64,000 nucleotides of DNA, from contig MU057744.1 in the NCBI GenBank assembly GCA_013265495.1, positions 994,001-1,058,000 of the forward strand, written 5' to 3'. Both the position numbers and the translations under genes were made by a program. Of this stretch, positions 26,346-38,682 are shown piece by piece (positions within the stretch are counted from its first letter, which is position 1; each line of letters begins with the position of its first letter). The notes below the pieces were generated by a model, which searched no databases, was not told where the DNA came from, and saw only the letters and a list, made by a program, of their open reading frames with translations. The stretch is from Vicugna vicugna. Lineage: Eukaryota.

Positions 26346-27574
26346 TGTATTTTCAAATAGATACGTCCATTTATATACATACGTTATCCTTCAATAAAAA
26401 GTAAAAATAAATGTAAATAGTTGCTACAGTAGCAACTAATTTGCAGGAGAAGAGCTGAGCATAAATTGCTCTAGAAAAACCCAACAGGAGACCGTGGTCT
26501 AATCCTGAGGTTCAGAAGTAGATAATCAGAAATTTTTTTTAAAAAGTGGGTAATCAGTAAACGTATTCAGAAGACTTACGCAGGTGCCGCGTCTGTCCTG
26601 GGAATTCATAGCACTGAAAGGGGCCCGAGTTTCCCTGGCCATTTGATGGGAGGAAATTCTGAACAGGCTAAATCTGTGCTATAGAAGCCCTGCTGCCTCT
26701 GCACACTCAGGCATTTAAAAGCACATTTTTAAAGCCATTTACGGAAATATTTTTCGTAAAGTAGTGACAGCAGCACTGGCCGTTCTCCCAAAGAAGCTGG
26801 TTAAGTCATCCGACTGAACTGGCACCTCAAGTGTGTGCGTCCTTTGCAGGGGTGGTGTTTCTTCCTGGGCTCCTTGCCTTTGGTGTGGGTCGCTGCCGCC
26901 ATGTTGGCCGTGGTGACCTTGGTCTCGTGCTGGTTTCCAGCCAGGCTTAGGCCGTAATCCGGGCTGATCAACCTGCTGAGTGCTTTCCCGCTCAGTTATC
27001 CCTGCTGAGTTGGCAAAATTATAAAGTTAGCCAAGCATAGACATGTACATGTGGACTGGACCATCCAGAAGGGCGTGTTTCAGAACACTAGCACCTAGCC
27101 CCTAGGTGCTGGCCGGTACCCTCCCCATCAATCTGTCGGCATCTCTGGTCCATCAGCCCCTCCCTCTGTGTGGACCGCACGTGGGGCACATGCCCATCTC
27201 GGAGCTGAGAGCTAGCCCCGGGTGTCCTCTTGGCCCCAGGGTTGCTGCTGCTGGGAGCCTGAGGTGAAATCAGCACGAGTAACTCTCCAGAGGTGACCTT
27301 TGTTCAGCACCTGGTTCTGTCAGCTGCCTGAGCAGAAATGGGACCTGACTCCCAGTGTATAAACTAACCAGAGTGCAACATCAGTGTCACCTAGCCAACT
27401 TTCTTTCTCCTCGAAGAATTCTTGGCACCAGTTAACACATTTGCCCAAACAGAAGGTAATTTCCCCATATTCACAACAGGAAAGTTTTACAAAATGGGGG
27501 TTTTCTTCAGCCTACTTGAATATATAAAACTGTGGTGTTCAGCTTTGCCGTGCCTTCAGATTTCCTAAGGAAAT

Positions 27575-28015
27575 TTAAAAAAATTTGTGTGGTAAAATAC
27601 ACATATAATATTTCCCATCATGATGATTTTTAAGTATCTGGTTCGGAGGCATTAAGGACATTCATATTGTTACGCAAACCATCCCCACCGTCCACCTCCA
27701 GAACTTTTCATCTTCCCAAACTGAAACTCTATACCCGTGAAACACTAACTCCCCATTCTCCCTCACCCCACCCCTGGAAGCATTGTTTTACTTTCTGTCT
27801 CTTTGAATCTGACTCCTCTAAGTAACTCATGTGAATGGAATCATACAGTGTTTGTCCTCCTGGGTCTGGCTTCTTCCACTTGGCATAAGGTCCTAAAGGT
27901 TCCTCCCTGTTGTGGCCTGTGTCACGGTTTCCTTTCTTGTGAAGGCTGAATAGTGTTCCACACTTTGTTAATCCACCCATCTGCTGATGGATATGTAGGT
28001 TGGTCTCATCTTTTT
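27575..28015 (-). mobile_element. Ancient L1 (L1MB-like) 3' end
   Basis: gtggtaaaatacacat...ctccagaacttttcatcttcccaaactgaaactctataccc...ggctgaatagtgttcca. Confidence 0.85.
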
Positions 28016-29599
28016 TCTTATCTAGACCTTTCCCTTTGGGCATCCAGACCCAGCAGTACCCAGAAACTCCTCTCTTCCGCAAGACCAACACATTACACTT
28101 GAACTTCACTCAGAATTAAAACAGGTTCCCTGACCAGAAATCTGCGGTGTTTCATCGTTTGCACGCGGTGGTTCTCAGGCATCTGGGGGAGGAAATGAGC
28201 TCACCCGGTAAAGCATCATCTGCCTGGAACACAGCATGCACTCAGTGGGAGTCAGCCACCTGCAGTCTGGAAGGAAGGAGGGAGCTGGTTTTGGAAGTTG
28301 TCTTAGGAAAGGGGAGACTCGAATGTGCTTCAAGGCCCTGGGGTAGAATCCCCTGGAGGGGAAGACACAGACATGTGAAGGGAAGGATGGGGGGGGTCAG
28401 CTTAAGCCCCTGTTTCATTTCCCCTGCCACCCTGGGTTGCTCACAGCTCAGGCCACTGCTGCTCTGACCCACGACTCTGTCCTCTGTGTTCCTGGATCAG
28501 CTTTAATGGAGCAGCGAGTGCCCACGCCCATGCATTGCCTCGGGCCCGGATCCAGTGTCCTAGGGACACCACAGGGCTGGGCCTCTGTGCCCTGGTCCCA
28601 GCTCCCAGCCCCCTGAATTCTTGTCCCCAGAGCTGCATTTAGTTGGGTTCCCACCACCAGGCTCCCTCCTGAGGAGTATGGGCACCGGCCCTGGGTGTCC
28701 CCAGGCGTCATCTGCCCACGTTCCCTACGGACGTGTGCCACCCCTGACGTCCAGGCAGAGCCCCCGCCGCCTCTTGGAAATCCCCACCAGCTGTTTCCAG
28801 AACCATCGTAGCTTTTGCCACATCCCCCGTGTCCTGTGTCTTGTCTGTGAGCTGGACCACTGCCCCCCTGCCCATCTCAGGCCACTCCTCTGGGCTGATC
28901 TGGCCCTGGAGGCAAGTCCCCTGTTGCACTGAGAGGCCACCTTGCGGTGATTCTGAGTTCAGTTAAACTGAATCGAGGTTTTGTGAACACAGCACCTGAG
29001 CTCAGTGCTAGTGATATACAGACAAATAAGACACAGCCCCACCCTTCACAGGAAGTGCCGTCCAAAACATCCGCATAGGACCTAGTTCCAGTGTAAAGGA
29101 CGGGCCTTGAAGGTGGAAGGACACCATCTCTCTGGAGACGGCAGCGAAGGAGAAGGGCAGGGCACAGAATGGCGGCCCATCCCGGGGCTAGGGGACTCAG
29201 AGCCCGTGCTCTCTTCAGGTCTTCTCCCTCCCCGCTCTCCCCCCACCCCGTCCCACAGAGATTCGGGGTTACCTAGTTCAGACGTGGGTTAACCACTCTG
29301 GGGCTCTGCGGTCAAGGCCTTCTGCCTCTCAGACTAGAGTCCAGCACAGAAGGGAGATCCTTCAAACCTCTGCACCCCGGGTACCAAGCAACCTGGGGGT
29401 GGCAGGGGCAGAGTGCCGTGGGGACAGCCAGGGCACAGAACCCAGACTGGGGGCTTGGAGAAGCGTCCCAGGGCAGGTGATGTCTAAGGCGAGGCCACAA
29501 AGACAGGAGACGGTGAAGCAGATGGAAGGGCTGGGGGAAGGGAGCCTTCGTATGTCCCCATAGCCCACCGGGCACCAGCTGGCGTCAGCCTACAGCTCT

Positions 29600-30585
29600 G
29601 CTTTCGGAAGTCACTCCTGTCCCCACCAGTCCTCGTCTTCACGTGGCCCCCGGAGCCCTGACCTTGTCTCCCATCCTCTCGGACCTCCCTTCCCTGCTTT
29701 CCTTCCTTGTCCTCTCCCTTGCACCAAGATGAGATGTTGGCGCCCCTCGGGGTGGTGGCCTCACCGCCCATCTCTTCTCCCATGGCCGCGGCGCCATCCA
29801 CGTTCCCCGAGGACCAGGGCATGTCTTCAGCCCCCCCAGCCCCAGATCTCGTCGCCTCATCCATCACGTCTTCAGAACGTGCACTTGGTCACACCTCCTC
29901 TCCCTCGTGCCCTGCTGGCTGCATCCTGCTGTGGCTCCAGCTCGACCCCTTCCTCTCCCCGGGTTTTGGGGGTCTCTCATCGTTGCTGTTGAGTCAGTCA
30001 TGCCCCCCACCCCTGCCCCACTCCCTGGTCACCTGGCTGCCAGGCTCTCCCTTCACCCACGTGTGCCCGCACCCCACAGTCGGCTCCGAGGACGCCCTGC
30101 TGCTGGCCACAGCCCCTCCGCTACTGCCATCGCCCGGGGCAGGCGTTCAGGCCTCAGTCCGTCTTCCCCTCTCCTCCCTCTATTGCCCCCTCGTGGCCTT
30201 TGCTCAGACAGAAGGCCCTGCAGGGGCGCCGGGCGTCTCCACTTCCTTTTGGGCTCACGTGGACCTCTAGCTAAATGCCCTTTCCTCCCCAGTCCGCACT
30301 CCCTCAGCCCCCACCAAGGCTCACCTCAGACGTCTCTGATTCGAAGGAAGCCCCTCTGGGTCTTTCTGTTGGAGAAAGCCCCTCCCCTCTGACTGTGTAC
30401 ACCTCCCCGTCAGAACGTACCACCTTCTGCCTTGTATTTTAGTTACTGTCCGTCTCCCCGGCGCAGCTGAGGGCAGGCCCCGAGGTCGGGGTTCGGGGCC
30501 TCCTATTTCTGTCGGTGGGGTCCCCCCGCGGGAGCTTGTGCACATTAGCTACTCAGTAAAGAGTGCTGAATAAGGACCTGAATGA
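29600..30585 (+). mobile_element. Highly degraded L2 relic
   Basis: Pyrimidine-rich L2-like text ending in cacattagctactcagtaaagagtgctgaataag; boundaries rough. Confidence 0.5.
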
Positions 30586-32117
30586 GGTTTCCGCAAGCCC
30601 CTAAAAGCCACTTTTCCGACTTCACTCTTAGAAAACTGACCTTGAAAGTAGGATAACGTGATAGTTAGAGCAAGAACAAAGGTCGTGGGGCTAGACTGGG
30701 GCTAGACTCTGTCCTCATCGACCTTCACAGGTAACTGAGTCATCTCAACTGCAGCCTGGGAATAGTTCTGGGCAGACACTGGTTTTGGTAAAACTTTCTC
30801 CAGATTATGAGAAATCAAGTCAGATGTGTCACGTCACACCGTGCTCACTTCAAGGAAAGTTCACATCTTAGCGGGACCTCATTAGCACCTCGAAATCAGC
30901 TTTCAGCGTTTGTGTCTGTCCACACCGCCTGAAGGGCCTGTTTCTGCTTCCTCGGCGCGAGTTTCCAGTTCGGCGGGCAGAACCGGCGGCGTGCTGACGG
31001 CAGAGCCAGCCTGCCGGCCCTGCCAGGCCCCGGATGTGAAAAGGCAGGCCCCCGCAGGTCTGCCGAATGGGGGGAGCTGCGGCCCTAAGGGTGCAGAGCT
31101 CCTGGGTTTCGCCTTGCAAATTAAAAAGTTGCAAAGAGAGGACTTTTTGTTCTTTCAGAGACGTCCTAGAGCTCTTACAAACTGGTGACCAGGTTGCTTT
31201 TTGTTCAGATAAGGACAGTGGGGGGAGGGATGGGACTCAAACAAAAGCAATATTTAGTTGGGGAAATCTAGCTGCTAAGACATAGGAAGGATTCTTGCGT
31301 GGAAAAAAAATTAGGCTCTTACTTAGAAATCTACACACTGCCCAGACGTGGAAACCGATGAGCTTGGCGTGAGAACGGCTTCTTAGGAGATTAAGTGGAA
31401 AAGTCTGTTTAAAATGTTTGATACCAGGGAGCTAGCACACCTCTAAGGGCGAAACTCTCAGAAGCCCGAGAGTGTGGAGCTTCACAGAAATAATCCGTCA
31501 GTCACCTCAGTGTACAAATGAATACTCAGAGGTGCTCAGAGACCAGCGCTGCCGAGTGAGGTGCCTGGAGCCTCGAGGAGCCTCGATCAGGTGGGCTTCG
31601 GAAAAACAATTACCTTGCAAGAGAATCGGTCGTGCTGTTTTTTAACAATTTCTCTTCGCTGCTCTGTAACATGTACTTGAAAAGCATAACAGGTACAAGA
31701 AAGAACTGTAATCTGAACTAGCAAACAAGCCCAACAAAAAGCAGAAAGAGAATAAAATAAGGAAAATAGTCCAGAATATGAAATTTAAAAGGCAGGAGCA
31801 TCGCATACTGTTGGGTGCACGTGGACACTTTTTACAGAACTACAGGCACAGTCATTCGTTTAACGAACATTTGAGTGTCTCCTGTGTCCCAGGCACCATT
31901 CTGGCCACCGAGGACCCCGCATGAGGAGCAAGCAGACAAGGGCCCTGCCCTCCGGGAACTTCTGTTCTAGGGACACACACATCATTCACCACCTGTTAAA
32001 ATACCGCTGTTAAGATCCATCACCCCCTCCCTCCCAGGTTTTGGTGGAAATTTAACTGAATTGGAAAACTGATCATACCTGAATGATTTTTAATGAAGAT
32101 TGCTTTTTGTTTTTTAG

Positions 32118-32163
32118 GGAGAAGAAAATGGCTTTGCAGACAGTACCGGAGATCCCCTTTCAG
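32118..32163 (+). CDS. EDARADD: EDARADD coding exon 5 (46 nt): GEENGFADSTGDPLS
   Basis: Acceptor tttttgttttttag, donor CAG|gtaaat. Resembles human GEENGFPDSTGDPLP (recalled). Confidence 0.94.
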
Positions 32164-32723
32164 GTAAATGATTGACTCTAAAGACATCTGGGCTCAGGGA
32201 TGGCGAGCATGGCTAAATTAAAGATCATTTGAGGGGATGTTTATCATTAACTTTTAAAATGTCTGACAGACTCAAGAAACTTTCCAACCACCTGCCATGG
32301 GGAGCTGCAAAGAAATCTTACAGGATTTCACAAAAGCCTTCAAAGAGTGTTTTCTCTGTGTGGACCCTGCTTTGCTTGTGCGGGCACAGCCCTTAGGTAG
32401 CCAGAGGGGCCGCTGCTCACACTAGGCTGTGTGCTCTTTCCTGCTGTTTTCTGCTTTGAATGTGTTTAACCAAGGAAATGTTTAAAGTTTCTCTCTCCCA
32501 CCCCGTCCTCCACCACCTATTTTCTCCATCTTCTTTTTTTTCTTCATTGTAAGACAGATACTTTAGAAATTAAATTTCTCATTAATTACTCATGGGGGAA
32601 ATACGGAGTTAGCATTAAGATAAGCTACCAAAATAATAATTAGGGAAAAAGAAAAATGTCACCAACTTTTTTTTATATCTTCTAAAACACATGTTGAATG
32701 ACCTGAATCATCACAGGTTGGTT

Positions 32724-32873
32724 TCTTTTTTTTTTTTAACTTTATTTTGAAATTTTGTGGGGGAGGTGGGTAATCAGGTATTTATTTATTTATCCATGGA
32801 GGGGACTGGGGATTGAACCCAGGCCCTCGTACATGCTAAGCATGTGCTCTGCCACTGAGCTGTCCCCTCCCCC
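32724..32873 (-). mobile_element. tRNA-Ala-derived SINE, antisense
   Basis: ggggattgaacccagg...catgctaagcatgtgctctgccactgagctg with an upstream poly-T tail. Confidence 0.92.
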
Positions 32874-34870
32874 ACTGTTTCTTTCTTTTTTAAGGAAGGA
32901 TGGGGGACTCATAAAACCCTTAGGATCATCTATCATCAGTCCCAGACTGTGCCCAGGGAACCATGCTGAAGATCAGAACATGCAGTGAATAATCAGCTTT
33001 TTTTTTTTTAACCTTAGGAACATGTTAGCAGCAGTTTTATCTCTGGGTGGTGAGATTTTTAGGTGATTTTTTTTTCATACAGCAGATTTTTATTTATTAA
33101 AGGCCCAGTCTGTGCCAGGCTTTCTAAGGAGGCCATGGGGCAAAAGTATGGCTGTGGAAGACAGAAATTGGGATTCTGGTTCTGTTTCAGCCACTACCCT
33201 GCTGTACTTAGAGAAATCAAGGGAGAGACTGGGCCAGGAGAACTTCTGGTGGAGCCTTCCCACCAGGTTTCCTGGGACGGCATGCTGCCCGGCTCCCATC
33301 CAGACACCTACCTGTTGGCACCCACTTTCCCTGGACCACAGTCCACCCCTACTAGGCTGGGGCCACTGCCTAACAGTCATCCCTCTCCACAAATGCTGCA
33401 GGGGACACCAGCTCAGCTGAGACGCAAACAGCTGGGTGAGGTGGAGGCCGGGAAGCCTCTTTACACACAGCAGCAGCAATTTTAATTACCTTGTCTCTAT
33501 CTTGTGTTTTAAAAATTTTGTAACATGAGCGGGTATCAGAAAAATCTACCCATCAAAACTTTAATCTGCGTACACAAGTGTGTATATAACAAATGAGCAG
33601 ATACAGGCAAATACAATGCATGGTGAAGTAGCCAAGGAGATCAGTCCCTAAAAAGCTGTAACTGGCCTGGATGGTGAGAACATGACATGTTTTTCCATAT
33701 GCTCATCTGAGTTTTTAGCTTTTCTGTGACGAGCACCTGTTTCTTTTCTAATTAAAAAAAATCTGTATTTAAACTTGTTAAAGACTCACACTTGCACTCC
33801 AACGTAAACTAGCTAAAATGAGAATGAATTGCCGGTTGTTTAGGAATCTGTCAACCCTAAAGGCATTTATTAACAGATAAACTCTAATCAAATTTTGGGT
33901 TGTTTCTAAAAACCTTTACCTAAGTCAAAACGAAGTGGAAGGCTTTCAAGGAGAATCAGCTTTTCACAGTGATGGCAGGTAGTATTACTGAGAGCAGAAG
34001 TCGTGCTGTGGAAGTTAACATCTTCACTGTCCAACCTGATGCTTTGCCCAGAGGGATGTTTGGTCGGGTTTGGGGTTGGGGTGGTTTCCCCATGAACAAG
34101 CAAATGAGAGACGTTGACTTCATGGCTTTGCTCTCGGAAGAACGAGCAAAAGCAGAAACCCGTATTTCCTCTTTGAATGAGAGGAGCAACCCAAGGAAGA
34201 TTGCTCTTAACTGTTTTACGTATAAACACAAAGTTAGCATTTACCACGTACCAGGCCCTTTTCTAAGCGCTTTACAAACGCACCTAGAGAAAAAGTGTCC
34301 ATGACAAGCCTGCAGGCTCAGTTACCGTCCCCACCAGGTGGATGCAGTGAGGGCAGTGCTGGGTCACATGGCGGGCTCTCCATCACATGCAGGTGTCCTG
34401 AGTGGGACTCAAGCCCCAGCCCCCCTACCCCAGCTGCCTCACCAGGCTGCCTCTCTCCGGGTCACTTTGCCTGCGCAGCGCCCACGTTGAATGCTCGAGT
34501 GTCCTACGTGGGGGTGAAGGTCCGGGTTCCAGCCCTCAGAGCCCTAAGCCAGAACAAAGCCACATCCCACTCCCACTCCCTCGGAGTCGGTCTCTGAGCC
34601 GCTGAAACTCTTTTCCCAGAAGCTTGCTACTTTCCCTGCGTCAGGCCCCCCAGTGAGCCTGAGCTCAGAGCCTGGCTTTTATTTAATTCTTGCAATTTGA
34701 AAACCTTAGTTATTGCGACCCGGTTTATAGCTGGTTAAAAACTAAGCAATATGTGGAAGATGGAGCGCTCAGGGGTAGAAGGAGGGATTAGACCCGAGAG
34801 AAGTGACAGCTGACAGTGTACAATCAAGGACAGAGTAAGGATACAACTCAGAATCAGCTACTAGAAAAGA

Positions 34871-35008
34871 GGGGGCGGGGGGGACCAGCTCAGTGGTGGG
34901 GCGCGTGCTCAGCATGCACGACCAACCCCCAGGACCGCCATTAAATACGTAAATAAACCTAATTACCCCCCAAAAAACAAACAATAAAAACAAATTTAAA
35001 AAAAAAAA
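34871..35008 (+). mobile_element. tRNA-Ala-derived SINE lacking most of the B-box
   Basis: agctcagtggtggggcgcgtgctcagcatgcacgaccaacccccagg..., then aataaacctaattacccccc and an A tail. Confidence 0.88.
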
Positions 35009-35274
35009 GCCCCCTTCGTGGAACCACTGACCACAGAAGCAAACCCCCGGGGGATGGGGAACGGAGCTCCAGAAAGAAGATGTTCATAACCCGGCCCCGG
35101 ATGCAAACAACAGCAACGCTGGTTGATTTTCCTGGTTAAAAGGGACATTGACGTTCTACAAGGTTTTCATGCAATTTCTCAAAATGAAAACATTTGAGCA
35201 TTAAAGGAATAAGGAAGGCTCAGTAAAGAAAAGGAAAAAAGTCTCCCAAATTGGAAAATTAGAAAGCTCCTCTG

Positions 35275-35383
35275 GCACTCCCTCCCCCTCCTGCACTCCC
35301 TCCCCCCACTGCACTCCCTCCTCCGCATTCCTCCCTGCATTCCCTCCCCTCCTGCACTCCCTCCCCCTCAGGCACTCCCTCCC
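35275..35383. repeat. C-rich minisatellite, about 7 degenerate units of gcactccctccccctcct
   Basis: Directly visible. Confidence 0.9.
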
Positions 35384-36877
35384 AGGTGGCAGTGGTGGCA
35401 GTGGTGTTATCACTTGGACCATGACACCTCCCCACCTGTTCTCCACTGTGGCCTGTTTTTCAAGAACGACTTTCTGATGGCATAATTCAGCTCTTGCCTG
35501 TTCTACTAATTTCCCCTTAGAAGTGAATGTAAAACAGGATTTTCATTTTTTTTTCAAATTAGGTCCATAAAGTGACACTTAGTAAATATGTTTGTGTCAC
35601 AATTTCAGAAGTAAAATTCACGTTAAATTATATGCTGAATCTTTACCTGGGTCCTTTCTTACATGTGTTTCTTTCTTTCTTTCTTTTTAATGTGTATTCT
35701 GTACTCCAGTTTCGTTGGAAGACAGAATTGAGGCCCAGCATGATTTACTAGCCAAGATCCATCCAGTTTGTCAGTTAGACTCCCCCGTGCTGCCAACTTG
35801 ATGTCTTCTTAAAAGGGTGTGTCAGAGAAAATGAAACCGTATTGTTTTTCCCTTTGGTTAAGAGATCAAACACCCACCAAAAGCCCTTGGGTTAGTTTCT
35901 TACTAGATAAAATAGTTCTTCATCACTTCCCAGCTCGCAGCAAATAACCGCCTCTAATGAGTAACGTGGTGTGTGTGCCCCAGTGATTTATCAAAGCCTT
36001 AAACCGGTGTTTTAAATATATTTATTTCCAGCCACATTGGAAACCACACATAGAAAAAAAGCATGAATTTGCACCCTTAATAAACGTAACTGCAGAAGTA
36101 TGTGCCTCTGCTTTGACACTTGTTGGTACTTTGCAGGCTCCAAATCTGGTAATTTATGGACACCTGGGAGAAAGTTATTCTATTTCAGAACCACAATATT
36201 TTGCTGTTTGCGAAGCTGCCAGTATAAAATGTTTCCTATTTCATTGTCTGAGCTCACTCAAGGCCGAGTTACCGTGGGGAACATTATTATAAACCATCTG
36301 AGAGCCAGCGGTGGTACTGTGTTGGAGGGAGACACCGGGGCGGTAATAGCTCTCGAGAAGCCGAGGTGTACAAGATAAAAGGGCACCTCCCCTGCAGGGA
36401 GACACATTAAGTCAATGTGTGATCCACTGCCAGCATCCTGACTGCAGCCGTTTTCTGGGCTCAACCAATCATGAGTTTCGTGAATTCTGAATCTCGTTCC
36501 AATTCCCAATTAACTGTTAATTGAGCATCATTTTATAACCTGCCAGCCGCAAACTTGAGAGTTAGACGCCGCATCGCTGGACATGAACTGTTTCTTACAT
36601 TGTTTTAAATGACATAGACTTCCCTTGTCAAAGATTTCTGAACTCTTCTTTAAGGTCTAATTGTGTGTGAGAAGATGGAGCGGGTGGGGAGGGGGCAGAG
36701 CCAGCCCCAGGGGAGAATCCATCCTGCTGCTTGTGAACGTGGGGAAATAATATCTCTCCACAGGCTCTTAATCACCGGACAGGCGTGGGTTCTTTCAAAG
36801 AGAAGTGGCTGTCGTTCCAAAATCTATTTTTGGCAGGTCCTTCTGACTAAGAGCTTACTCTGTAGATGTCTTTAAGG

Positions 36878-37071
36878 CAGCGGTTTTCAACCCTGGCTGC
36901 ACATTAGAATCTTCAGGGGTGCTTTTTAAAATCCCCTTGTCCTGCCTGCATTCCGGACCAATTCAGTGAGGCTCTGGGGTTGGGACCAGACATCGGGATT
37001 TTGTAAATCTCTGCAGGGTGAGGGGGCGCAGTGGGCAAGTTCTAGTTCTTGGCCAGGGTTGAGAACCGCTG
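36878..37071. mobile_element. MER5B-like hAT MITE, full length
   Basis: 20-bp inverted termini cagcggttttcaaccctggc / gccagggttgagaaccgctg (one mismatch); 8-bp TSD-like flanks ctttaagg / ctttaaaa. Confidence 0.88.
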
Positions 37072-37469
37072 CTTTAAAAGAAAAGGCTGCTGGTCATGCT
37101 TCCTTACCCGCAGCACTGGTTCTTTGTGGCGTGCTTACCACGTGCTAGGAGGAGGCTCTCACGGGTGGCCTCACTGAATGCTCTCAGCAAGCTCATGAGA
37201 CAGGCAGTGCTGTCCCCGCTCAGAGCGCGAGGCCACGGCCGTAGCAGGCTGGGTGACCTGTCCAGGTCGCACACTTGCTCGGTGTTGGCTTGATTGGCAG
37301 CTGGTGGCTAATCTCTGTGGCACTCTTTCTCCATAGCAGCCAGTAACCTTTCTTCTGCCTTGTATGCACACAGCCCTGGAAAAAGTTTCAGTTCGTCTGA
37401 AAATTTCTAGATCGCTCTTCATAGGCTCCTCAGAGGGTTCTAATTTGACTCTTTCTCCGTGTCACATTC

Positions 37470-37915
37470 TTCATTCCTCTGATTTACTCAGCAGACGTCA
37501 CCGAGTGCCTGCTGTGTGCCTGGAATGCAGTGGTGACACCAGACGTCAAAGTCCCTGTCCTCTTGGGGCTTACATACTTGTGGGAGCAACAGACAATAAA
37601 CACAAACAAATAAGTGATTACACGAGGTGGCAGGAGCCTTGAGGAAAATGAATGCGTACAATGTATTTTGCCTGCAGGGAGGGGGTGCTACTTTAGCTGG
37701 GAAGGTGCACCAGGCTGTAAATAATGCAAAGGAGCCAGCCACGTGCAGATCTGAGGAAGGAGGACTCCAGGGAGAAGCAGTGGCTGGTGCAAAGGTCCTG
37801 AGGCCGGGCTGAGCTTAGTGTTCTAGGGACAAGTATGGGTAGTGAAGGCAGAAGGGCAGGGAGTAGTGAAGACAGCAGTTGGGAGGTGTCAGCAGAGGCC
37901 AGACGACCTGGAGAC
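37470..37915 (-). mobile_element. L2 3' fragment
   Basis: atttactcagcagacgtcaccgagtgcctgctgtgtgcc...gtccctgtcctcttggggcttacatac...gcaaaggtcctgaggc. Confidence 0.7.
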
Positions 37916-38682
37916 TCTTTTCTTCCCAGTCTACTTAAAAAAGTAATAAATGTGAAATCTAACGTCGTTAAATAACACTTACATGACTTGACAAAAATGC
38001 TTTCACATCATTTGTCTCATTTAATTCATGAGATACAGGCATTATTATCTTCTTCATATTATAGCTGAGGAATGGGAAGTTCAAAGATGTTAGATGCCAT
38101 GAGAAGTCAAGCTCTGGGAAACTGGAGCCCGGGATTTGGTGAGCCCTGTGTGATACATACCCAGAACTGGGATGATTCAGGATGACGCCTGTGAAGGACT
38201 CAGTGCAGGACTGCTTGTGCGTTAGGCGCTTGGCAAATGACAGTCCCTGGGATGACGAAAACCACTGAGAAATCGGACCCTCTCTCCTCCGATGAGTTCT
38301 TCCTCAGGTTGAGCCAGCACTCAAACTAAACTTACGGAGGGCAGATCCTTCCGGGATTTCCTCCTAAATAAGCAGTCATCCTACATCAGCGGTGTGATCC
38401 ACTCTTGCTTTACATCAGTGGGAAGTACACAAGTCAGGTGTCAGACGTGGCAAGTAAGGGACCTACTTGTTAGAGACTCTCAGTGAGTATTTGTACAAAA
38501 TTAACTTCTCAAGAACACTCTCTTCCTCCCCCAAATCTAGAATCCACCTTTTTGTATTTTAAGACCAGTACTGTTCTACTGCCCACCACTGTCTGTTAAC
38601 TGCCTGCAGACAGCAGCAACATTCTCTGTCCTTTACTATTAATTCTCTCTTCAGATCCTAAAATTCATCAAATGGTAATAAC

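Noticed and set aside
29707..30392. 187- and 161-aa Pro/Ser-rich ORFs (similarly 10291-10866 and 19006-19575)
   Set aside because: They lie in GC-rich degraded L2, MER5, MLT or SINE sequence, are low in complexity and resemble no known protein.
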